This document shows positions 15,612 through 27,076 of a stretch of 64,000 bases of DNA, in pieces (the first letter of the stretch is position 1; every line of letters starts with the position of its first letter). The notes beneath the pieces were generated by a model, which was given only the letters and a program-made list of their open reading frames with translations, searched no databases and was not told where the DNA came from. The stretch lies in assembly GCA_025786725.1 (NCBI GenBank), contig JAHLTZ010000031.1, positions 186,001 through 250,000 on the forward strand, written 5' to 3'. Origin of the DNA: Syncephalis fuscata S228. Its lineage: Eukaryota; Fungi; Zoopagomycota. The position numbers were made by a program, and so were the translations under genes.

Positions 15612-15646
<35 letters not shown>
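15612..15646. repeat. (TAG)n microsatellite upstream of the carnitine acyltransferase start
   Basis: agtagtagtagt... ~11 units. Confidence 0.9.
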
Positions 15647-15903
15647 AGTTAAGCAATAGGGCTGTAGTGCAAAAGTACAAACGAATAATAAATAACAAGC
15701 TATTTGTAGCGCGGAAACGAGACTACCGATAATATTTACTGATCCGCTCGAATCACGTGCAAACCAAGAGCGCGGATTTAAAACTAAAAACTAGAAACTG
15801 AATTGCAGTTTCTAACTACAATGAATAACGACGATTCTATTAGTTGTACCAAGTGTAGAATAGACACAGATTGATTCGTTTTACAGCTTGTTGGTTTTTT
15901 ATT

Positions 15904-16362
15904 ATGCCGCTTCGTATTCGATTACAGCGCTTGGGCGCGCGCAATCTGCCGATCTTTCGCATGGTCGTGGCAAACGCCCGTGCACCACGCAACGGCAAGC
16001 ATATTGAACGTCTTGGTGTGTATAATCCAAGACCGGACAGCGAAGGGATTAAGCACATTACGTTAAATATTGAACGTGCAAATACTGGCTTAGTGTTGGC
16101 GCCCAACCAACCGAGCGTGTTGAGAAATTATTTGCTAATGTGAGTACATAAGTGCCAGGGAAAGTATGACGAATGGCATCAGTAGCAGTATAGTCGCGTT
16201 ATAGTAAAAAAACTAACAAAAATACGCGAATCTATTAATAATTAGGCTGGACTTGTGCCGCAACCTAGACGACATGTACCACCGCAATCTAAATCAGTTT
16301 TGCTTGAACAAAAAAAAGCTGCGGAAAAGAGTGCTAATAGCACTACAACTGCTACAGCATAA
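15904..16362 (+). CDS. MRPS16: Mitochondrial ribosomal protein S16 (2 exons; apparent 1-nt deletion near 16081)
   Basis: MPLRIRLQRLG..NLPIFRMVVANARAPRNGKHIERLGVYNP; after the shift, YWLSVGAQPTERVEKL. Confidence 0.9.
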
Positions 16363-16442
16363 TCATTTGCGAATCGTATTTAATCATTTGCTAAATATGC
16401 ACTCAAACTAATAACAATAAATGTATACGTAAAGCAAATTGA

Positions 16443-17052
16443 TTGAACTTTGACTCCCACATTTGGAGTTCTTAAAGTAAAATCCGTTTTAATTAGAGTC
16501 ATGCCGTTATGATGCACAACATAGTTATATTACTTTCTATTAAATATTATTAATGAATTGAATTGAATAAACAATGTAACATACTATTTGGCTATTTTGA
16601 AACATTTGATGTTGTTCATTGCTATTGTTGACCATGTGTAGAAAGATTGATCGAATATTAATAAAAGCCATATAATTGCAATTCCATGTCATTCTACATT
16701 TGCTGTTATTGCATCTAAATGGTTTCTTCTATTTTCTAATATTCTACTGTTGCATTTTGGGCATATTTGTGATGTAAGATCAAAATTAATATAACTATTA
16801 TAAATGTCGTTTATTAAACAACCGCTTTTGTTATAGCCAATCTGACTAAATAAATGGCATTTGAACAATTAATATTATAATGACAATATATATATATATA
16901 TTAAAGCAATAATAAAGATAACTAATTAATTACATTATTGTACTGATAACTGCATATGAATTAATTAATGTTGGATGTAATATTATACATGTTGTTGTAT
17001 TGCTATCAGAGGGGGGAACTGAGTAAATAAAAATGTGAGAGTCAAAGTACAA
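16443..17052 (-). mobile_element. Non-autonomous TIR element with Fanzor/TnpB-like 3' relic (copy A)
   Basis: Inverted termini ttgaactttgactcccacattt / aaatgtgagagtcaaagtacaa; minus strand reads LTSQICPKCNSR and a degenerate ...INIRSIFLHMVNNSNEQHQMFQ. Confidence 0.7.
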
Positions 17053-18712
17053 TAGCTTCAACAAATTAATTATAACACTGTATTGACATGAATAATATTA
17101 ACAAAAAACATTTATTTATTATTTAATTAATATATTTATTATTAAAAATTGGTACTACAACCAATGTGTTTTACAAATTGATAATAAAGACGAAAAGCTA
17201 TTATTATGATCACTATTATAAATGTCCCACAATTTGATATTTATGAGGGGTATTCGGCGTATCACGTCTCACTATCGCCGTTACAATTTTTCCCTTATGA
17301 ATCCATCCTGGTTTTATTACCATCCTGTGATGAATTGTTTTTATCTGACAACGTCGACCGAGGCGTAAATACTGCAAAGCGGTATTTATGTTCCAGCGAA
17401 TGTTCAGTCGCCTTGACCGGCGGCTGTCTTCCCGGTTGCGTGCAGCGGATGAGGGACGTCGTCGGCACCACACCTTGTTACAACCTAGACACGTCCAATA
17501 ACAAGTCTGAGGGCCCATTTTTATTTAGCCAATTATCAATTTTATTAGAAAAATAAACTGTTTTAAATTTCATTATAATAAATTCCGCTTTTTTAAATTT
17601 ATTTATTAATAAACTATTTTTATTTGCCCACACTTCATTTTTTGTAATAACGTTTACTACAGATTAAACACTCTTTAATAGCATGCTTTCTTTTATAGCT
17701 ATTTTATTAATAGTTGTATTTGTTCAATAAAGACGTTTATTTCAACATCAACTACTATTTCAATACTATTATTACTAATTTTACACAACATATTTTTGTA
17801 TTGTATTTTATGAGTTGCAGTTGGCACAAGTATATTGTTGCAAGTCTTTTAACAATAAAACACAGTTGGCATTGCTGTTAATATTGCTACAATTAAATAA
17901 ACTACATAAATAAGCAAATTTTAAATTAAAATTGCTGCATTTATTGTAATTAACTTTTTCCATCGATGCTTTTAGCCTTGTACCTTTATTATTCCACAAT
18001 ATTGTAAATACATAATACTATTACTCAAATAATAATAAATATGAATTTTATAATTTAATTCATTTAGTTTATATTTGAATTTAGACAATTGCAATTTTTA
18101 TTATAAAATGATTATTACACCATTTTATTACTGTTGTTACAACAATGTCATTATTTTTTATCGAATCAAAGGCAGATCAAGCTTTGTAATAAGAAATACT
18201 AGCATTTGTTGAGCCATTGCAATTGTTAATATATATTAAATAATCAAATATGTACTTAATGCTTTTACTTGTATGTTTTTTTATTTACATTTAAGAATGT
18301 AGTAATATCATTCGTAGTATATTTAGTAATAAATCTAATAGTATTATTACCAGAATCATATGGATAACCATTAAAATGCTTAATATTGCAATGAACAATT
18401 TTTACTAGCCTAGTCTTTTGCTTTCTGGTCATCAAAACAAACAGACATTTGTTATTGGAATTGTTTTTATGAAGACAGATAAACTGTAATCTTATTGAAT
18501 TACTATTTTTCCTTTAAAATTGCGATTGTTAACAAGCCTAAACTTATCAGCAGCAATATTCAATTCTTCAATACTGGTAAACATGGCTTTTTAAAATAGT
18601 TTGGTAGATATTTAAATATATCTTCTTAATAAAAGGAATTAATGACTTACTAATTTTATTTATGCTTATTTAAACCGTAATTTATTACGATAAATAACTT
18701 CAAAATTTCCCA

Positions 18713-19483
18713 TTTCATTTTGACTCCTACTTTTGAGTTTCCATAGCAAAATTTGTTTCAATTGAAATTGCACTGCTATACAAAATACAATTATATCACC
18801 TCTATCAAAATATTGTTAATAAATCGATTTAAATAAACAATATAACATACCATTTGACTATTTTGAAACATGTGATGTTGTTCATTGCTGTTGTTAACCA
18901 TATGTAGAAGAATTGATAAAATACTAATAAAAGCCATATGATTGCAATTCCATATTGTTTCGTAATTATTATTGTTGTTACTACGTACAGCATGGATTAT
19001 TGCGCCTGAATGGTCTCTTCTATTTTTCAATCTTCTACTGTTGTATTTGGGCATATTTGCCATGTAAGATACCCGTCTATGGTGACAAAAAGATAGGACA
19101 ACTAGCGTTCTGATGTTCACCATTCTCTTGAGCATTGTTGGTATCAACTTAATAGGTGCAGTTTATTTGCCAACCATTGATGAAGCAAATAACCTCCACC
19201 ATATGCAATAATGATAAGTTGAGTGTCTTCACCAGGAAGATCTTGTGGTGACAGTTGTAACCAGAAGATACAGCATGCCGTTGAGGTTACTTGAACAGGT
19301 GTTGATGTAAATAAGAGAAACAAAGACTAGGGATTGAATAATGTTTTTATTGATGTCCAAATACGCATGCTATTTATATTTTTATATTCAACATTATCAT
19401 GTAATATATTACTGAATAGAATAATAAAATGGTAATAAGAAATATGGTGAAATGAGTAAATAAAATGTAGGAGTCAAGGTAAA
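18713..19483 (-). mobile_element. Fanzor-relic TIR element (copy D), inside the left duplication arm
   Basis: Degenerate TIRs (ttttgactcctac / gtaggagtcaaggtaaa); inverted twin of 41360-42131. Confidence 0.65.
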
Positions 19484-21211
19484 ATGATTTGCTCATGTAA
19501 ATATTACGCGCTCAATTTGATGTTTTATTTTGTTTTAATATATAGCTATAAACTTTTATTAATGATCAATAAGCAAAAACAATATGTCTTTTTATTGTTG
19601 CAATAATGTATAATACTAGCTGCTTATTCTAATAAATAATTAGATTAAGTCTTGTAATAGTTGGCTTAATTGATGATCGTGTAAATGTGAGTATATAAGA
19701 AGTTACAATGTGATTGTAAATATTTATCGTACAAACAGCCAGTGTTATAAGCTATAGTGACAATAATAAGTTATTTAATTACTAAACTCGTTAATTCAAT
19801 TTTATTTACAACTCTTTGTTTTTATGCGTTATCTCGGTTTGACGTTGCTGCAGTTCTGGCCGCATCAGCAACAGCCAACTTTTGATAAATGCTGTCCAAC
19901 TTAGCATGCCCATAATGATTTGCTATAGGTCAAATTAGTAAGCCTTTGAGCTGCCAATTGTTTTACATTGGTTTTCGCTTTAATTTGTTCTTCTATGTTC
20001 CATCTTGCTTGACTTGTCAGGATTGGTTTCAAAAATGTAAGCAGCAGTTAGGCCTTGGATGATTACCAGTTGATATGCAACCTATTGAAATTATGCACTC
20101 GAAATTATTGATATTTGGCTAAAACTTTCTATTGTGTCCAATCTAGTGTCTGCATATTGCATTGTGTGTAATTTAGCCGATACAGCCTACTTTACAGACA
20201 AAAACGGACAACATCATTAGTTGGATGGAATGTTCTATTGTTAAAGATGTCGTGCTGAATTATGCCACAGACTGAGCAGCGTTTAAACCTTGAATAATTA
20301 GGGATTGGTGTGTAATCCATTACCACTATTCACTCAAAGTTGCTAATATTTGAATAGAATTGTTTGGTGTGCCTAGCCTCTCGTTTGTATATCGCATTGC
20401 ATAGAATCTAGACAATGCAATTTAGTTTACAGCTGAAACTGGTAAAAAATGACTTGTTGGAATGTTCCATTGCTCAAAATGCTGTGATGCATCATGCATA
20501 AACAGTACTTATTGTATAGTCGACTTCAAGTAACTTGGATTGGCCGCCATTTGAATGATGGTAGCTGCGCAACATGTAGCATGATATGCCTGGATGTGAT
20601 ACATTTGTGAATTCAAAGCAATGATTACTCCATAGCAATGGGCATAGTGTCGAATGAAATGCACGCATGTACCAATCAACACACTTTATAATTTAAAAAT
20701 TATGGCTGGCCTATGTATAGCAGTAAAAACCTGTATAAAAATACTAGTTTGATACATAAGCTTGTTTTTGCAACAATATTGTACATTGTTTGTATGTATG
20801 CAAATATTGGTGCCCGAGTCATTCAATGGAAGTGACAGCAAAGATATCATTATTGCTTTTACAAAATCAAACATTATATTTGTTTTTACCGAATAGTTAG
20901 ACCGTGTAACAAAAACCAGGTTAATATGTCTATTTTTATCCCATATGTACTGGATTGTGAACACCGTTACAGTACTCGTGCAAATAACTAACAGATTGGA
21001 GTAAAGACCAGGCAGGTTAAAATAAAGACCAATAGGTTAAAATCAATACTGAGTGAATTAAAATCAAGCCTAGAAAGCATCCTAGCACACATGAATCTAT
21101 TGTTACATGTGCACCTCAAACCACTATTTGGATTGCTTTATTGGTTCATATTACACATCAATGGTATATCTCGTATACTACAGTATACTAGCATCTTAGC
21201 ATAATCATAAG

Positions 21212-21366
21212 TATAAATAGCCCACAAAATATACACAACCAACTGCGATATCATCATCACACTCTACTTCTTATTAAACACACACTACTCTCCACTTTAT
21301 ACCGACCACACTCTACTTCTTGCTATACACGCACTACTCTCCATTCTATACCAACCACACTCTACT
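21212..21366 (+). promoter_or_regulatory. TATA box plus ~49-bp tandem duplication in the promoter/5'UTR of microexon gene A
   Basis: TATAAATA at 21212; cacactctact recurs at 21258, 21307 and 21356; mirrored at ~39520-39672. Confidence 0.5.
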
Positions 21367-21405
21367 ATTTCTTTTATTTGTTTGTCTTAACAAGTCAATA
21401 TCACC

Positions 21406-24400
21406 ATGAAGCTTTCCATTGCCGTCGTTTGCACCGTTGTTGTGGCTATTGTGGCTAGTACATCCATGGTTGATGCTAAACCGGCCTTAGTTCGCCGTGA
21501 TGGTATGTTACAATAACAATAAATATACCATAATATTTTGTTTACTAACAGTATTTCTAACTAATAATTATAATAGCCAGTAAGCTGTATTGTATACTAA
21601 ATGACTATACATTAACTATACTATTTATTGATTGTACCAATTATTTAATATTAATAGGGTGTAAGTTGTATGATATATTACTTGACTATACATTAACTAT
21701 ATGTCATATATTGTATCTATCAACAAATTAATATTAGATGACTGTAAGTTATATTGTATATTGGTTGATTACTCACTAATTGCATGCTATGCGCTATGTG
21801 TATCAACAACTTAATACCAATAGGCTGTAAGTGATATTGTATATTGATGACTTATAAATTAATCATATACCATGTATTATGTGTATCAACAATTTAATGC
21901 CATAGTGGGTAAGTTGTATTGTATATTAGCTGAGTATTAACTAATTATATATTATGTGTTGCATGTATCAATGACTTGATATTAGTGCAATGTAAGTTAT
22001 ATTATATATTAATTGCACACTAGCTAATTATATATTATGCGTTGTGTGTATCAATAACTTTATACTAATAGGCGGTAAGTCGTATTGTATGTTGCTTACT
22101 TATAAATTAATTATATATCATACACTATGTGCATTAATAACTTGATGGAATAGTTGGTAAGTAACATTGTATATTCACTGACTATGCACTAATTATATAT
22201 TTTGTACTGTGTGTGGGCAATTTAATACAATAGCGAGTGAGTTGTATCGTATATAAACCAATCACTCACTAATTACATATCATGCACTGTGTGTATCAAC
22301 GACTTAATATTAATAGAATGTAAGTGGTATTGTATATTAATTGGGCATTGGCTAATTATATGCTATTTAATGTGTAAATCAATAACTTAATATTAATAGG
22401 CAGTAAGTATTATTATGTACTAACTAATTGCTCGCTGATTATATTCATGTACTGTGTACATTAACAACTTAATATTAATAGATCGTAAGTGCTATTGTAT
22501 ATCATGTACTGTGTACATTAACAATTTAATATTAATAGAGCGTAAGTGATATTGTATATCCATGTACTGTGTGTATCAACGACTTAATATTAATAGAATG
22601 TAAGTGGTATTGTATATTAGTTGGCTGCATTAACTATGCTATTTACTAATTGTACTTATTTAATATTAATAGTCAGTAAGTGATATTGTATATTCTTTGA
22701 CTGTACATTAACTATGCTATTTACTAATGGTATTAATTATTTAATATTAATAGATCGTAAGTGATATTGTATATTCTTTGACTGTACATTAACTATGCTA
22801 TTCACTAATTGTACTTATTTAATATTGATAGCTGGTAAGTGATATTGTATATTCTTTGACTGTACATTAACTATGCTATTTACTAATGGTATTAATTATT
22901 TAATATTAATAGACCGTAAGTAATATTATGTATTAACTGGCTATACATTAACTATTTGTTTACTAATGGTATTAATTGTTTAATATTGATAGGGGGTAAG
23001 TAGTATTGTATATTCCTTAACTGTACATTAATTATTTAATATTAATAGCTGGTAAGTGATATTGTATATTCTTTGACTGTACGTTAAATATGCTATTTAC
23101 TAATGGTATTAATTATTTAATATTAATAGACCGTAAGTGATATTGTATATTCTTTGACTGTACATTAATTATGCTATTTGTTAATTGTACTTATTTAATA
23201 TTGATAGCTGGTAAGTGATATTGTATATTCCTTAACTGTACATTAATTATTTAATATTAATAGCTGGTAAGTGATATTGTATATTCTTTGACTGTACATT
23301 AAATATGCTATTTGTTAATTGTACTTATTTAATATTGATAGCTGGTAAGTGATATTGTATATTCTTTAACTGTACATTAACTATGCTATTTACTAATGTA
23401 TTATTATTTAATATTAATAGACCGTAAGTAATATTATGTATTAACTGGCTATACAATAACTATACTATTTATTGATTGTACAATTATTTAATATTAATAG
23501 AAAGTAAGTGGCATTGTATATTAACTGGCTATATATTAATTATGCTATTTACTGACTATACTAATTATTTAATATTAATAGGGTGTAAGTTATATTGTAT
23601 ATTGATTGCACACTGGCTAATTATATGTCATGCGCTGTGTATATCAATAACTTAATATTAATAGGGTGTAAGTTGTATTGTATATTAACCGATTATACAT
23701 TAACTATGCTATTTACTCATTTTACCTGTCATTTAACATTAATAGACCGTAAGTGGTATTGCATATTAACTGAATATATATATTAATTATGCTATTTACT
23801 GATTATACTAATTATTTAATATTAATAGCCTGTAAGTAGTATTGTATATCAATTGGCTATACATTAATTGCTATTTACTGATGGTACCAATTGTTTAATA
23901 TTAATAGGTGGTAAGTTGTATTGTATATTAACTATACATTAACTATAATATTTACTGATAATACCAATTATTTAATACAATAGTCCGTAAGTAGTATTTT
24001 ATATTAACTGACTATACATTAACTATGCTATTTACTGATTGTACTTATTATTTAATGTTAATAGGCCGTAAGTGATATTGTATATAGCTAACTATCTACT
24101 AATTATATATTATGTATTTTATGCATCAACAACTTAATATAATAGATTGTAAGTAGTATTGTATATTAATTGATTATATATTAATTACATTCTATTTACT
24201 ATATGTATCGACAAATTAATATTAATAGGTCGTAAGTTGTGTTGCGTATTAACCGACTATGCATTAATTATACACTATGTATTGTGTTCACCAACAAATT
24301 AATATTAATAGATTGTAAGTTGTTGTATACTAACTGGCTACTCACTAATCACATGCTATTTAATTTATTCATCAACAAATTAATATTAATAGATAGTAAG

Positions 24401-24724
24401 TTATTGTATACTAACTGGCTACTCACTAATCACATGCTATTTACTGTATCCATTAACAACTTAATATTAATAGAAGGTAAGTTGTATTGCATATCAATAG
24501 AACATGCGCTAATTTATACTATATACTGTATTCAACAACATCTTAATATCAATAGAATGTAAGTAGTATTGTGTATTAATTGATTACTTACTAATTACAT
24601 GTTATGCACCATGTGTACCAATAAATTAATACTAATAGGCCGTAAGTAGCATTTTATATTGATAACTTATACATTAACTATATGACATGTAATATATTTA
24701 TTTATAAATACAGCTAATCCATAA
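21406..24724 (+). CDS. Microexon gene A: secreted 6-Cys peptide, 42 exons (97-nt exon 1, 38 x 3-nt and 2 x 6-nt microexons, 11-nt terminal coding exon), 77 aa
   Basis: Spliced product MKLSIAVVCTVVVAIVASTSMVDAKPALVRRD-ARYDCLVQCVAKCNQQFNPDRADPAADQRWYPCVRHCHYKECPNP*. Every microexon is flanked by TAG and GTAAG/GTGAG; no internal stop. Confidence 0.85.
21503..24713 (+). repeat. Tandem array of ~55-85-nt intron units (consensus gtaagtNNtattgtatattaactgactatacattaactatgctatttactaat...aattatttaatattaatag + NNN)
   Basis: 41 related units with ~80-nt periodicity. Confidence 0.95.
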
Positions 24725-27076
24725 GCATAAGGACATCAGCATTGGTAGTGCAATCAACCACTATTCCAATACAATTTAGGTATATATTCGGTGAAAAGCA
24801 AGACCATTTGACAACTACGCCGTCCAGTCTATCTATATATCAAGTTTTGGCCAATGCTCCGGTTTATCCAGTCTTTAATCAATGGAATCATTATGTTACC
24901 AACATGTTTGCATCTAGTTGTTTCTATTCAACTGTGCAAGCTTATAGTAATAAACTTATGGTTCCATCTTAACTATATACGATCAAATTGCTAAATCTAT
25001 AATCATGTTCTATTTGCATTCAATAATTAACTATTAATTAAATAGTTAAAATAACAAAAGACATGTGCGATTATGTTGTATTAGCTATAAACATAGATTG
25101 GTATGGATAGTAGCAAAGCTATCAGCATCATATAGCCAAACAATATTATGCTGAAATTAAAATAAAAACGCTTTCTAATAAAACATGGCAATAAAGCATA
25201 CAATATTATAAACAAAATAAATAGACAAGTCAAATGTGTGAATAGTGATAGCAAAACTATACTGTATGCAATTAGCCAAGAGCAATAAACGAAATGGATC
25301 AAGATCTGCTAAAAGAATACAGTTAGCAATAAGCTTTTGGCTTTTATTAATATAGTTTCTACAATCTACAATATTAATGATATAGACAACATATAGTATA
25401 TGTATACAAGATAGATATGTGCAGTACAATAATAATGATAAATAAATAGCTTAATAACCAACGACACTCACCACCATTTCATCTTCAATAACACGAATAT
25501 TTAGTTTAAATGTGTGGCTATTATGGTTATTTAACTGCCAAATCACATTAAACAACCAATAGCGTGCTCAATATTGTGGAAAAAGTATCTTTATTTAGTT
25601 AATAAAAATATTATAAAATTTGATACAAATCAAGTGGTTTAAATGGCCCATCACAGCATCCTCTTAAGCTTTTTTCGCCATGTTCCACAACTCTTTTAAA
25701 TTAGAACATTGGAGCGACTACTGCGCCATTTAAAATGAACGTTACAAGTAGATTGTTCCAGTTTATCAATGACAAATGTCATGTTGACGGTTTTATTTTG
25801 CACATCTTCACTCTTGCTTGATACGCCAACTAATTAATTTAAGTTGATCAAAGCAATAACACTTTTATGTAATTCGGAAATATTTAATTGCTATATCTGA
25901 TATCTGGATGCTGTAAACCAATCTAATCTTATTTGTTGGTTAAATTCAAAATCTAAAAATATTTATTAATTCAATTATTTTTGTTTGCATTACACTTTAT
26001 TTATTTTAATAGTTGTTCCATTAGTAGTTTGTATTTATTCAATAAAAACGTTTGTTTCAGCATCAACTACTGTTTCAGCATTGTTACTGTTCTGATATTC
26101 CGGGCAGGGTCTTGTAAGGTGTGATCAAGAGATATACCATGTAATTGTATAGCCAGTTAAAGTCGCATGTGATTGATCGCAAGAATAATATACCTATCGG
26201 ATATTAGTACCGATTACTAGTAACAAATGCCTATTACGACAATATGACGTGTAGCTACTTGTTAGTTGTGAGCATATGAGCAGTCGCCTGAACTAATATG
26301 CTGCGCTAATGATCAAATACTACAAGGCATTCCAGTTTATTATTAGCTATGTTTACTATTAATGATAGCTTTATTCAATATCAATAAAAAAATAATCAAG
26401 CTTCTAGTCCAATGTTATTTCTACTTAGTGTTATACAAGCTATTCAGTTTATTATAGTTAAACTGTAGTAATTAATGACCAATAAGGAATAATTTATTAT
26501 AAAAGCAATACAACCAAACAACAAATTATATTCTGAGCGTTAAGGTAAGCGTTGATAAGCATTGGGAATTAACGTTATAGGATAGCGACAGGACAAGGTG
26601 TTGTTTGGTCATCTAAGTTGTGATTTCTAAAGCTAGAAGCGTAACACTGTTATTGCAACAATGTCATTAGTTTTAAATGAGTTTGGTACAGCTATATAAA
26701 TGTTAAGACGTTGATCATGGAAAATTAAACCGGATCAAATGCTATGTTGTGTGTTGTGTAGTAGATGTCATTACGTGACAAAAAGTTAATAACTAATGCA
26801 AATCACCATATTTGGTAATTGACATAAATAAATGCGTTATTGCTCTTAATAATTGAATATCTTAGTTTCTATTGTAATAGCTCAATGTTTATTTGAGCAT
26901 ATTATTAGCATTAATGTAATCGAATAAACCAAAATGAACTGTATTGCCATCCCGAATGTATTACTTTAGTGATTCAGGTGAATCAATGGAATACTACCCA
27001 CGATTAAAAACTGATGCAGTGATGCTACAACATCACCCACTTTTTTCTTTTTTAAAACATTGTAATTAAAGCTACA

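Larger units (their letters stand above)
17614..26669 (+). repeat. Left arm of ~8-9 kb inverted segmental duplication
   Basis: Near-identical reverse complement of 35119-43343 throughout (e.g. 17620 tatttgcccacacttc vs 43320 gaagtgtgggcaaata; 26590 ggacaaggtgttgtttgg vs 35180). Confidence 0.95.

Noticed and set aside
15904-16143. Programmed ribosomal frameshifting in MRPS16/MET6
   Set aside because: Similar indels are scattered over many unrelated genes; sequencing error is more parsimonious
18791-19147. 118-aa ORF (and 41699-42278, 56276-56470) as functional proteins
   Set aside because: Frameshifted remnants of the Fanzor-like ORF with mutated catalytic motifs and no N-terminal domains
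21001-21070. ~20-bp tandem repeats (taaagacc..caggttaaaa) differing in copy number between arms
   Set aside because: Short ordinary minisatellite with no evidence of function
23595-24562. ORF-track ORFs within the arrays (23595-23786, 24239-24562, also 38000-38323)
   Set aside because: Chance read-through of repeated intron sequence; low-complexity I/L/Y/N/C translation
21503-24713. CRISPR array or plain satellite interpretation of the ~80-nt repeats
   Set aside because: Context is eukaryotic with no cas genes. The repeats are degenerate and begin and end with splice signals, and the variable part is only 3 or 6 nt and concatenates into a coherent ORF.
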